From positions 103,426 to 167,425 of the forward strand of contig JADJXV010000007.1 of NCBI GenBank assembly GCA_016720145.1: 64,000 bases of DNA. The letters run 5' to 3'. The position numbers were made by a program, and so were the translations under genes. The notes beneath the pieces were generated by a model, which was not told where the DNA came from, searched no databases, and was given only the letters and a program-made list of their open reading frames with translations. Positions within the stretch are counted from its first letter, which is position 1; each line of letters opens with the position of its first letter. This stretch comes from Ignavibacteria bacterium. GTDB taxonomy: Bacteria; Bacteroidota; Ignavibacteria; Kapaibacteriales; UBA961. Positions 8,601 to 17,297 of the stretch are shown piece by piece.

Positions 8601-11300
8601 AGTAGAAGTACCAGTGTTGGTAATTACCACTGAGTCCTGCTTGGTTGTACCATTGCGGACATTTCCGAAGCTCACACTTTGTACACTTTTCGCAAGTACC
8701 GGTGATACACCCGTTCCTGTGACACTAATCGTATCTCGAGGAATAAGCGCGTTGTGATTAAAGATAATTAGTCCTGTTTTCACACCATCGGTAAGTGGAG
8801 CAAATGTCACATAGAATTTTTGTGACATACCTTGGGTAATTGTTCCTGTAGCAGGAGTTACCATAAATAGTCCATTCGTACTTGTGATACTGCTTATTAC
8901 CAGATCCGAGGTTCCGGTATTCGATACCGTGACCGAATCCATTTTCGTCGTTCCATTGCGTACATTCCCGAAATTCAAATTCACGACATTTGCAGTAAAT
9001 TTTGGTGATACACCTGTACCACTGAGAGAAATTGAGTCTTTTGGATTGAGTGCATTATGATTGAAATAGACAAATCCCGACTGCGAGCCATCTGCAATTG
9101 GAGCGAATGTCACATAATACTTCTGTGATCCACCGGGGGTAATTGTTCCCGTAGTCGGTGTCACAGTATAGCGTGCATTCGATGTCGTCACACTGCTGAT
9201 GATGAGGTCAGATGTACCTGTATTGGTAATCGTAACCGAGTCGAGCTTGGTCGTACCATTTCTCACATTGCCGAAATTCAGACCTGCAAGGCCTGCACTG
9301 AAGAGAGGCGACACACCAGAACCTGATACAGAATAGATACTTGAAGGGATTTTTGCATTATGGTTAAATGTAAACGTACCTACTTGAAATCCATCGACCA
9401 ACGGTGCGAACGTGATATAATACTTCTGAGATGATCCCGGAGTAAGTGTTCCCGAAGTCGGTGTAATTGTAAATCGTGTATTCGAACCTGTAACGCTTGT
9501 AATCACCAAATTGGATGTTCCGGTATTGGTCACCGTGATAGAATCCATCTTGGTAGTCAGATTACGAACATTGCCGAAATCAAGTGAGACGGGAGCTGCC
9601 GTGAAGAACGGAGAAACTCCTGAGCCACTTACCATGATTGTATCTTTTGGCTTAGCGGCATTATGATTAAACACCACCGTCGCTGTTTGCGCGCCATCGA
9701 CTAAAGGAGCGAATATAAAGTAATACTTGAGTGTAGCACCCGGAGCAATTGTGCCTGTGGTCGGCGTGACCGTAAAGAGCATATTCGAGCTAACGACACT
9801 TGTAATTCTGAGCGTGTCTGTACCGGTATTCGTCACGGTTACGGAGTCTCTTTTCGTACTATCATTGCGTACATTACCGAAATTCAAAGTAGTTGGCACA
9901 GCAGAGAAGAATGGAGAAACACCTGTTCCCGACACATTAATCGTATCTTTTGGCTTGGCAGCATTGTGACTGAAAATGATTCTTCCTGATTGAGCACCAT
10001 CGGCAAGCGGAGCGTAGGTGATATAAAATTTCCTCGTTCCGTTAGGTGTAAGAGTGTCGGTAGTAGGAGTGACGGTATATCGTGCATTTGTGCTCGTCAC
10101 GCTTGTGATCATAAGATTCGCCGTGCCGGTATTGGTCACGGTAATCGAGTCAAGCTTCGTCTGATTATTCCGTACATTCCCAAAATTGATCGTATAAGTA
10201 TTGGATGAAAATATGGGAGAAACTCCTGTACCGGTAGCAACTACCGTATCCCGAGGTTTGGATGCATTATGGACAAAAATTATATTGGCATTTTGATTGC
10301 CGTTTCCTGTAGGTGTATAAGTAATATAGAATTGTTTAACTGAGTCAGGCATAATAGTCGCCGATGTCGATGACACGGTGAACTGTGTGTTTGAGCTTGT
10401 AACATTGGTAATCACTAGATTAGCACCACCGGTGTTTTTCACACGAATAGTGTCAATTTTGCTCGTAAAGTTAGCGACATTGCCAAAAGTCGCTGTTAAT
10501 GAATCAGCCGAAAACACAGGGAATAGAAATGCACGTGTTGAAACCACAGCAGACCCCATCGTAACAGCTGCTGAAAATGCCAACAATCTACCATCGATTG
10601 CCGCACCGGTACCGAGTGAAATTGACTGGTCTGCAAGGATACTTCCCTTGAAGACAGAATATGTACCAAGTGTAGCAGATGTACCGACTTGCCAGAATAT
10701 ATTTGCTGCCTGAGCGCCACCGGCAAGGATGATTTTGATACCGCTGCCCATGTTGAGCGAACTCCCAATCTGAAATATCCACACATCGGTTGCATTGCCG
10801 GTGAGTGTGAGGTCTGCGCCGGTAATATCTGCCGCGCCGGTGAATTTATAGAGTCCGGCAGCGAGATTCATGCCACCCATGTTGCCTGCGCCCGGATTGA
10901 GAAATGTGCCTGTCGGCACCGGTGTTCGATTCGCTGCATCGTTATAAGCAGTTGTCAAATCACCCTTTGCGGTCGTTAATAGACCCGCGTCAATCGTTGA
11001 GCCGGAAGGTCCTGAAGCATCAACTACATATAAAATTCCATCCACATTTGACCCGTCGAAACCTATCACAAAGCTACCGGCAGCAGGACTGAGTCCGATA
11101 TTACCGGTTATGGATACAGGTGGAATACCTGTAATCGTCGAACCTGCGATGATCATAAAATTGTCAAGAGAAAGGAGATTGAGAGGCGGAATTCCGGCAA
11201 ATGATGGCGTTGCTGCCATCATGATTGCTACAGAAAGCACACTCAATAAGCGAATGTACCGAGAGTACATACTCGCGACGAGTACGTTAAAAATTTTCAT
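5661..11300 (-). CDS. Giant T9SS-secreted surface protein, paralogue of 1840..5379: DUF3494 ice-binding-like domain, about 15 choice-of-anchor-D/ASH-like repeats, T9SS C-terminal domain
   Basis: The N-terminal 250 aa and C-terminal about 330 aa are nearly collinear with the downstream paralogue. The central NFGNVRNGTTK...VT.TNTGTS.L.I repeats are expanded (about 15 versus 7). It ends with the T9SS C-terminal domain (...VYYYRLDVGSYSSTKQMILVK). Confidence 0.85.
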   Translation of the reverse strand: MKIFNVLVASMYSRYIRLLSVLSVAIMMAATPSFAGIPPLNLLSLDNFMIIAGSTITGIPPVSITGNIGLSPAAGSFVIGFDGSNVDGILYVVDASGPSGSTIDAGLLTTAKGDLTTAYNDAANRTPVPTGTFLNPGAGNMGGMNLAAGLYKFTGAADITGADLTLTGNATDVWIFQIGSSLNMGSGIKIILAGGAQAANIFWQVGTSATLGTYSVFKGSILADQSISLGTGAAIDGRLLAFSAAVTMGSAVVSTRAFLFPVFSADSLTATFGNVANFTSKIDTIRVKNTGGANLVITNVTSSNTQFTVSSTSATIMPDSVKQFYITYTPTGNGNQNANIIFVHNASKPRDTVVATGTGVSPIFSSNTYTINFGNVRNNQTKLDSITVTNTGTANLMITSVTSTNARYTVTPTTDTLTPNGTRKFYITYAPLADGAQSGRIIFSHNAAKPKDTINVSGTGVSPFFSAVPTTLNFGNVRNDSTKRDSVTVTNTGTDTLRITSVVSSNMLFTVTPTTGTIAPGATLKYYFIFAPLVDGAQTATVVFNHNAAKPKDTIMVSGSGVSPFFTAAPVSLDFGNVRNLTTKMDSITVTNTGTSNLVITSVTGSNTRFTITPTSGTLTPGSSQKYYITFAPLVDGFQVGTFTFNHNAKIPSSIYSVSGSGVSPLFSAGLAGLNFGNVRNGTTKLDSVTITNTGTSDLIISSVTTSNARYTVTPTTGTITPGGSQKYYVTFAPIADGSQSGFVYFNHNALNPKDSISLSGTGVSPKFTANVVNLNFGNVRNGTTKMDSVTVSNTGTSDLVISSITSTNGLFMVTPATGTITQGMSQKFYVTFAPLTDGVKTGLIIFNHNALIPRDTISVTGTGVSPVLAKSVQSVSFGNVRNGTTKQDSVVITNTGTSTLTISNVTSTNGRFAVTPTTGSLAPGASQKFYLSFSPLVDGAQSGLIIFTGDADKTKDTITVSGTGVSPLFTVNPQSLNFGNVRNGTTKMDSVTVTNSGTTSLVISSVTSTNPRYTVTPSATSTIAPGASMKFYVTFSPLTDGMQNSLLVFNHDAAKPKDTVTLTGVGVSPMFSASALIVNFGNVRTGTSKMDSVTITNTGTTNLIISGVTSSNVVFTATPTLGIIAPGASQKFYLSFSPQADGLRTGTIIFTHDGAKPLDTIIVIGTGISPQFSSNVQSLDFGNVRNFTSSVRSITVTNTGTDNLIISGVSSNNGVFSVSPNSGTIAPGATQQFFVTFSPVANGSQSGMIIFNHNATNAIDMIAVTGTGVSPMFVANTQRLDFGNVGVGVSKVMTVIVTNAGTSDLVINGVSSTNAQFSISPAIGTIAPGSSQTFSVTFAPLSTGFHTGSITFNHNASNATDVIAVTGTGVLSSISISTQNLDFGNVRTGTTKVLPVTITNTGLGDLTISNITSSNGVFTFTPSGTTLSSGMSQQYNVTFSPIVDGLQTGNMSITHNGLNSPAIISLRGVGVSPKLTFASQSLDFGNVVITTSKQLSVMISNTGTGDLVITSIVSGDSHYTVTPATGTILQGASQEYFVTFSPTVVGRVTSTITFVHNGGSSILNVTGNGVDSMRVITIKEARDLPIGTSFITEGVVTRTLGSYTRIQDATGGLTLFHETGEFGLQALAPEVSMGDKLRVAGKITEMDNLKIITSSNLTSHSILSRTNPLPTPFKVTLADIALRGEQYESCLIKIDNMNMTSDGDLTFQESKTYQVTDNSDKANTVVIRIGVTADTYLDGMNIYETPVTFEGVLSQSSSCITCGYQLTPVLPTDLRFAPTGIFNQQTGNDYSLSSNYPNPFNASTTIQYSIGTSDMVNLKVFTLLGKEVATLVNEFQNAGMHTVTFTANSSSPLLGSEVYYYRLDVGSYSSTKQMILVK

Positions 11301-11330
11301 AGTAATTACCTGAAAGGATGATCGAATTCA

Positions 11331-11355
11331 AACTGCTCTCTTGATGAAAGTTCAG
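11331..11355 (-). promoter_or_regulatory. Second copy of the ACTGAACTTTCA...AGCAGT leader motif
   Basis: actgctctcttgatgaaagttcagt lies 31-55 nt upstream of the ATG at 11300. Confidence 0.4.
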
Positions 11356-11516
11356 TTTTTGAGGTCGGATGAGGATATGGAATGAACCATTATTGAGGAT
11401 GTGCGCTATCTTTGAGTTATGCAAAGAGTTACACTTGAGTTTGAAGGGAGTAGCCGTTCGTTTGACAGGGGCTGTTTTACTCTGTATCCCTTTGTTTGTG
11501 CTGTTTTTCTATAGCA

Positions 11517-11591
11517 CAAAATTAAGGCAAGAGTGTCCCGAGTATGTTACGTAACCTTAGGTATTACTTACATGATTCACATGTGAGTTGT
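11517..11591 (-). promoter_or_regulatory. Candidate promoter: TAATTTTG -7 box plus a conserved upstream 50-nt motif (TGTGAATCATGTAAG.AATAC...TTACGTAACATAC), shared with the OmpA gene upstream region
   Basis: The minus-strand TAATTTTG at 11517-11524 matches the Bacteroidetes -7 consensus TAnnTTTG. Exactly 17 nt upstream lies a motif nearly identical to 28408-28447, which shows the same spacing to its own TAATTTTG at 28383-28390. Confidence 0.45.
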
Positions 11592-12125
11592 CTTCGTGGG
11601 GGCACTTGGTGAATGGCACGCTGATGACGCTGATTTTTATGATTGAAGAAAATGGATATAGTGGTGTATCGCTTGTGTGAGGTGTAGAATTTTGAGCCGG
11701 CGAATTGCATTCAATGATGTCAACTCAAGAATTCGGCATTTGCTTGATGCGTAGAGGCAAGCGCAGCATGACAAACTGTTTACCTCACCCTGAGTTATCA
11801 AGTGGCTGCAGCCTGCCCCTATCAAAAAGCAATGACACAGACTATAATACGAACCCTAAGAACCCACACCCTCCCCTCTCCCAAGAGAGGGAACTAGTCA
11901 GAAAATCAATTACTTACAAACCAAAGTCCCCTCTCGGGAGGGGATTTAGGGGTGGGTTAAGCGCTGGATAAGATAAACAACCTTCTTCCAAAAGAAACCT
12001 ATGTAATAATTGTGTCATTAACAGGGAGTCGTAGGGTTCAATTACATACCTATTTTTTCCTTAAGCTGACAGCATTGGAATTGCATTCGCCCTTACAGTA
12101 TGTCTATGATTATAGCCGCAAGTCT

Positions 12126-12557
12126 TTACATCCGTTCCATATACCAATTTAGTTCCTTTTCCATTTTCTTGTAGCGGAAGATGCTGGTAATGATTTTTTG
12201 CAAGCGAACGAATGCTGTCTCACTTTTGACTACATAGTCAAATGCTCGATGATGCATGCAATTTATTGCTACGTCAATTTTATCTTGAGATGACAGCATA
12301 ATCACCGGAATATCAGGATTATATGCTTTAATCTTGTCTAAGGTTTCTATACCGTTCATAGCGAATTTGTCTATACCATCGAGATGGTAATCGAGGATAA
12401 TCACATCCGGAGATCGTGACAAATTCTCCATGCACTTCTCACCGGTCGGATAGGTCTCAATGACAAAATCAGCATGCTCAAGAAATTCGATTTCTAGTAA
12501 TTTTAAGAATACTGCATCATCATCGACAAGGAATATTTTAATCTTTTCTGTGTTCAT
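12126..12557 (-). CDS. Single-domain response regulator (CheY-like receiver)
   Basis: IKIFLVDDDAVFLKLLEIEF...DVIILDYHLDG...IPVIMLSSQDKIDVAINCMHHRAFDYVVK. It overlaps the upstream kinase gene by 4 nt (ATGA). Confidence 0.85.
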   Translation of the reverse strand: MNTEKIKIFLVDDDAVFLKLLEIEFLEHADFVIETYPTGEKCMENLSRSPDVIILDYHLDGIDKFAMNGIETLDKIKAYNPDIPVIMLSSQDKIDVAINCMHHRAFDYVVKSETAFVRLQKIITSIFRYKKMEKELNWYMERM

Positions 12558-15256
12558 CGTTTCGTGTTTTTTATAGTGTTAAATTCCTCTTCCAATTCTC
12601 TACATGCTTGATCGCAAATGAGTTCTAGCTGTAGAACCAATTCATGAATCCCTTCTGTTTGCCGTTGAGTGCTGGCATATTCTTGTATTTTCTTTGCCAT
12701 ATTTTCGAAGTCCTCACTAATCCCCATAATCGCAAAAGACGGTATCATTTTGTGTACAGCCGAGTAAAGTGTATTCCAGTCTTTATCCTGAAAGCTCTGC
12801 TTCATCGAGATAATCAGCGTTGGCGTCTGCTCTAAATACAGCGAAATCATTTCCATCATGAGTGTTGGATTGGACTTGGTACGATTGAGGAGATACGCTA
12901 GGTCAATACACCGCTGTTTTTTCGTTTCGACAAACAACTTTTCTTTTACTTCAATGAGCGACATTGGTTTTTTGACTAACCCAATGATTTTACTATATAA
13001 TATTCGTTCATCGACCGGCTTTGCTATATAATCGTTCATCCCGACTGCCTTACATTTTGCCAGATCGACCGTTGTCACATCTGCAGTGAGTGCAATAATC
13101 GGGATCTTGGAATTCATCGTGTTGCGAATATACTGCGTCGCTTCAAAACCATTCATTTCAGGCATTTGCAAGTCCATGAGAATAATGTCGTAGGTTTTGG
13201 AATGGAGCTTTTCAATCGCAATTTTCCCGTTGGCTGCTATGTCTCGTTCAAATCCAAAATCGTCTAGCAATGTCTTCATCAGTAATTGATTGAGAGCGAT
13301 ATCTTCTACCACAAGTACCTTTATATTCTTGATATCGTCATCAAGACTGAGTACTATTTCTTCAAGCTCTGCCTGCTCTATTGTCTTTTGAAAGGTGAGA
13401 GTAAAGCTAAAAGTAGAACCCTCTCCGAGCTTGCTTTTGACCCGGATACTGCCGCCCTGCGACTCGACTAATTGCTTGACAATTGCGAGTCCGAGACCGG
13501 TTCCGCCATACAACCGAGAAGTGCCGCTCGATGCCTGCTGAAAATTCTCAAAAATCTTGGTAATCTTGTCCTTCGGAATACCGATGCCGGTATCTTTGAC
13601 CGCAAATTCTACGGTGACATTTTCATCAGTTTCACTTATTAATTTAACACTTATGGTGATTTTACCGGTGTTGGAAAATTTCACAGCATTGCTCACAAGG
13701 TTCAGGATAATCTGATGTAATCGCACCGGATCACCTAAAAGGAATTCCGGAATAGTATTGTCGTAAACAATTTCCTGATCTAAGTTTTTTTCCTGAATTT
13801 TTGTTTCGAAAAGATGTACCATCGCCGAAAGCGACGCTTCCATTTTAAAAGGAATTTTCTCAAATGTCATCTTGCCGGCATCTACTTTCGCTAGATCGAG
13901 AATATCATTAATAAGCACTATTAGCGAGTCACCACTCATTTTAATAGCAGTCAAGTATTCTTTTTGTTTGGCACTGAGGTCGGTCTTGAGCAACACCTTG
14001 GTAAATCCTATAATTGCATTCATTGGTGTACGAATTTCGTGGCTCATATTCGAGAGGAATTGCTGCTTTGCTTTTACTGCTTCCTCGGCTTTGATCTTGG
14101 CTTCCTCGGCGAGCATCGTCGCAAGCTCAGCAAATACTTTTGCTTCAATGAGTTCCTTCTCGTTCCTTTTCTGGTCGGTAATATCACGAGCGACAATCAC
14201 CGCACCAAGCACATTCCCGCGGTCATCTTTATAGACCGAACCGTTAAAGAGTACATCGGTGAGCTCTCCATCGATAATCGTAAGAGGGTAATCAGCGACA
14301 AATCCCTTAGCAAAGACTTCTTTATATACTTCTGATGCTCTGTCTGAATCCGTAAAATAATCCTTAAAATCACTATTGCGCAGCTTTTCCCGCGATACAC
14401 CGGTTACTTTGACCATTGCCTCATTCATATCGGTGATTTTCCCATCGGTGCTGATAGTGACAAGAGGATCGCGACTTGCTTCTATCAAGCTTAGAGAGTA
14501 TTGTGAAAGAAGTTTTTTGGCAGTAATGTCCGAACGGATCGACACAAATTGATAGACTTCACCTTGTTCATTCTTGAATGGTACAATCGTAGAGTCCACC
14601 CAATAGTTGGTACCATCTTTTGCTTTGTTTTTAATTTCACCTCGCCAAATTTTTCCGGTGCAAATAGTATCCCATAATTCCCGCATAAACTCTTTAGGAT
14701 GAAATCCAGAATTGACTAACCTATGATCTTGCCCTATTAACTCTTCCCTTTTGTACTTTGAAATTTTACAAAAATTGTCATTTGCGTAGTTAATAATTCC
14801 ATTTTTATCAGTGATAGCTACTATCGACGACTCCTCAAGTGCTAGTTTATACCCGGAAATTTCATTCAAACTCTTCTCGAGATTCGCTTCTACCTTTTTT
14901 TGTTTTGTCACGTCTCGCGCTGCTGCAAATACACCGAGAACTTTGCCGTTGTCATCTTTATAAACTGATGCATTATAAAGCACATCCGTTAATTGACCGT
15001 TGACATGCCTCACCGTCAGCGGATAGTCGGCCACGAAGCCCTTCTCAAATACTTGTCGATATCCTATCTCCGCTTTCTCGGGTTCGGTAAAATACATGCT
15101 GAAGTTCGTCCCGATAAGCTTATCCCGACGAATACCGGTAACTTTAATCGACGCCTCATTGACGTCGGTGATTTTCCCTTCGGCACTGATCGTCACGAGT
15201 GGGTCCAAGCTCGCCTCTATCAGACTACGAGAATATTGTGAAGCTAATTGAACCAA
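12554..15256 (-). CDS. Hybrid sensor histidine kinase: 3 PAS/PAC, HisKA, HATPase_c, receiver and HPt domains
   Basis: Three PAS/PAC units (e.g. ...FVADYPLTVRHVNGQLTDVLYNASVYKDDNGKVLGVFAAARDVT) are followed by SNMSHEIRTPMNAIIGF (H-box). The ATPase region carries DTGIGIP...GGTGLGLAIVKQLV (G-boxes), then a REC domain (VLVVEDIALNQLL...ILMDLQMPEMNGFE) and a C-terminal HPt-like segment. The ORF-track start (TTG at 15256) is probably not the true start. See the next feature. Confidence 0.9.
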   Translation of the reverse strand: MVQLASQYSRSLIEASLDPLVTISAEGKITDVNEASIKVTGIRRDKLIGTNFSMYFTEPEKAEIGYRQVFEKGFVADYPLTVRHVNGQLTDVLYNASVYKDDNGKVLGVFAAARDVTKQKKVEANLEKSLNEISGYKLALEESSIVAITDKNGIINYANDNFCKISKYKREELIGQDHRLVNSGFHPKEFMRELWDTICTGKIWRGEIKNKAKDGTNYWVDSTIVPFKNEQGEVYQFVSIRSDITAKKLLSQYSLSLIEASRDPLVTISTDGKITDMNEAMVKVTGVSREKLRNSDFKDYFTDSDRASEVYKEVFAKGFVADYPLTIIDGELTDVLFNGSVYKDDRGNVLGAVIVARDITDQKRNEKELIEAKVFAELATMLAEEAKIKAEEAVKAKQQFLSNMSHEIRTPMNAIIGFTKVLLKTDLSAKQKEYLTAIKMSGDSLIVLINDILDLAKVDAGKMTFEKIPFKMEASLSAMVHLFETKIQEKNLDQEIVYDNTIPEFLLGDPVRLHQIILNLVSNAVKFSNTGKITISVKLISETDENVTVEFAVKDTGIGIPKDKITKIFENFQQASSGTSRLYGGTGLGLAIVKQLVESQGGSIRVKSKLGEGSTFSFTLTFQKTIEQAELEEIVLSLDDDIKNIKVLVVEDIALNQLLMKTLLDDFGFERDIAANGKIAIEKLHSKTYDIILMDLQMPEMNGFEATQYIRNTMNSKIPIIALTADVTTVDLAKCKAVGMNDYIAKPVDERILYSKIIGLVKKPMSLIEVKEKLFVETKKQRCIDLAYLLNRTKSNPTLMMEMISLYLEQTPTLIISMKQSFQDKDWNTLYSAVHKMIPSFAIMGISEDFENMAKKIQEYASTQRQTEGIHELVLQLELICDQACRELEEEFNTIKNTKR

Positions 15257-16008
15257 ATTATTAGACGCTTCTAATTCCTGCCGGACAGATTCGCGGATCT
15301 CGGTTTGTTTGTTTTGATAGTCAAGTTCGCGGTCGGCGATGACAAGCTCTGCGGCGCGCTTGTCTTTCTCTTCATTTTGGAAGGCAAGTTCTTTATTTGC
15401 AACGAGTAATTTAGCTGTGAGCTTCCCTTTTTCTTCATCCTGATACGCGAGCTCGATATTAGCAAGACCCAGCTCAGCGGCGCGCTTGCCTTTCTCTTCA
15501 TTTTGGAAGGCAAGTTCTTTATTAGCTACGACTAACTCAGCAGCACGCTTGCTTTTTTCTTCGTCTTGATACGCAAGCTCAATATTAGCAAGTCCCAGCT
15601 CAGCAGCGCGTTTGCCTTTTTCCTCGTCTTGATAGGCGAGTTCGATATTCGCAAGACCAAGCTCGGCGGCGCGCTTGCCTTTTTCCTCGTCCTGAAAAGC
15701 CAGCTCAATATTTGCGAGCCCAAGTTCAGCAGCTCGTTTGCCTTTTCCTCATCCTGAAACGCGAGTTCGATATTGGCTATACCAAGCTCCGTGGCTCTTT
15801 TTTCTTTTTCTCCATCCTGAAACTCAAGCTCTTTGTTGGCTATTCCGAGTTCGGCAGCACGCTTCCGCCGCTCAATGTTTTGAGTGTCAATTTCCTTGCG
15901 AACGCTAGCCAATTCTGCAATCAGTGTTTGATTTTCAGCTATTTGAATATCAAGTTCACTTTGAAGGCGGACTATATCATCGACAGATGGGTTAGTTTGG
16001 TATGCCAT
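15257..16008 (-). CDS. N-terminal extension of the hybrid kinase: coiled-coil plus about 10 tandem 21-aa repeats (ELGIANIELAYQDEEKGKRAA), separated from the kinase frame by a 1-nt homopolymer indel near 15745
   Basis: The ATG at 16008 opens MAYQTNPSVDDIVRLQSELDIQIAENQTLIAELASVRKEIDTQNIERRKRAAELGIANKELEFQ... Restoring one base in the T4 run at 15744-15747 (T5 in the other repeat copies) puts the reading in the kinase frame. That frame has no stop from about 15745 to 15256 and reads ...EEKGKRAAELGLANIELAYQDEEK...LVANKELAFQNEEKDKRAAELVIADRELDYQNKQTEIRESVRQELEASNNLVQLASQYS..., which continues into the kinase. It also contains no ATG, GTG or TTG before 15256. The DNA has a 63-bp tandem periodicity. 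Confidence 0.6.
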
Positions 16009-16045
16009 ACGAAATTGCCAACATAAACATAATAAATATAAATAC

Positions 16046-16633
16046 TTAAGAAGCTATCATCTGTTCAGTCGTCTCATCCGATGTACCTTTTCCCCCGACA
16101 TCTTCGAGCGGACTCCGACGTTTGTCTTTGAGCTGCTTGAAGTGGGAGGGAGACAGTCCGGTCACTTTTTTGAATTGATTCGACAGATGTGCCACGCTAC
16201 TATAGTTCATTTTCCAGGCGATTTCCGAAATACTGAGCTCGCCGTACATAATTAATTCCTTGATTCGCTCGACTTTATGAGCGATGACGAAATGTTCGAT
16301 CGTCGTACCTTGTACCTCGGAGAAGAGATTAGCGAGGTAGGTATAGTCGTGATTGAGCTTTTCATGTAATAATTGTGAAAAATTCACTTTGACTAATTCC
16401 TCGGTATGATGCACCATTTCAATGATCACATTCTTGATTTTTTCGATGAGAATGGACTTTTTATCGTCCATAAGTTCTAATCCTGACTCAAGCAGGGCTG
16501 CTTTCAATGTTTCGGATTGACTTGCTGTAAGGGTTTCCATCACCTCGACTTCACCTAATTCCACAACGATAAAATGGAGCCCGAGTTTTCTCAGCTCTTC
16601 TTTCACCAGAATTTTACATCGGTTACTGACCAT
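16046..16633 (-). CDS. AraC-family transcriptional regulator (HTH_18 C-terminal domain)
   Basis: Twin HTH motifs: ...YTYLANLFSEVQGTTIEHFVIAHKVERIKELIMYGELSISEIAWKMNYSSVAHLSNQFKKVTGLSPSHFK. The likely start is the ATG at 16633 (MVSNRCKILVKEELRKLGLHFIVVELGEVEV). The ORF-track ORF extends to 16723. Confidence 0.75.
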   Translation of the reverse strand: MVSNRCKILVKEELRKLGLHFIVVELGEVEVMETLTASQSETLKAALLESGLELMDDKKSILIEKIKNVIIEMVHHTEELVKVNFSQLLHEKLNHDYTYLANLFSEVQGTTIEHFVIAHKVERIKELIMYGELSISEIAWKMNYSSVAHLSNQFKKVTGLSPSHFKQLKDKRRSPLEDVGGKGTSDETTEQMIAS

Positions 16634-16970
16634 GTATTTAATGTGTAATTTCAAGCTGAGTTCCCTTACTGTAGATGTGGGTAGATGTGAAGGTAGGACT
16701 CGTAGTATTAGCCACACGAACAAAAGTAATATACCACATATTATGCATAGTGAGTAAGTTTATTTATTTTCAAATACTTTAATTAGAGTGATCTATTGTT
16801 GTGTTGTTATAAAACAAGCATAATGGTCAGGTAGCTTCTTCTCTTTTTCAAATAAATTGATTGGATATAACTACATTCTAACCACGATAAGTATATGGAC
16901 TCCCGGTCGATTGATTATCACCGTAGAATTCGTTCATCACAGCGAAAAACAACTTTTACCATGACAATAC

Positions 16971-17093
16971 TTACTGAGTACTTTCACGATTAGCTTCTTC
17001 ACGTTTGGCGGCCTTGGCTGCTCGCTTTTCTTTGAGGTTTTTTGTGGCCGGTTTTTTAGTCGATTTCTCTTTTGTATCTTTTGCTTTTGACAT
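16971..17093 (-). CDS. Hypothetical small basic protein (40 aa)
   Basis: MSKAKDTKEKSTKKPATKNLKEKRAAKAAKREEANRESTQ is lysine-rich. The call rests on ORF integrity only. Confidence 0.25.
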   Translation of the reverse strand: MSKAKDTKEKSTKKPATKNLKEKRAAKAAKREEANRESTQ

Positions 17094-17297
17094 GCAATCA
17101 TCTCCCGTAGAATTGTGTATAAAATACAGTATGTCGATTATATAAATACTATTTGTCTTCTTTTGTCACGCCGGTCGAATCGCTTTCATCACCATGTAAT
17201 TCATAGACTTGTTCTATGATGGGAATAGACTCCCTGAGCTCTGTATGACGAATTTGTCCTCCTAAAAACCCCACCCGTCCCATTGCAATACATGATA

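Noticed and set aside
6769-10979. Many 60-110-aa plus-strand ORFs inside the giant minus-strand genes (e.g. 7036..7239, 7927..8148, 8251..8478, 8554..8757, 9727..9969)
   Set aside because: They are antisense reading frames of the 240-bp coding repeats. They share periodic sequences with each other only because the sense strand is repetitive, and they have no independent signal.
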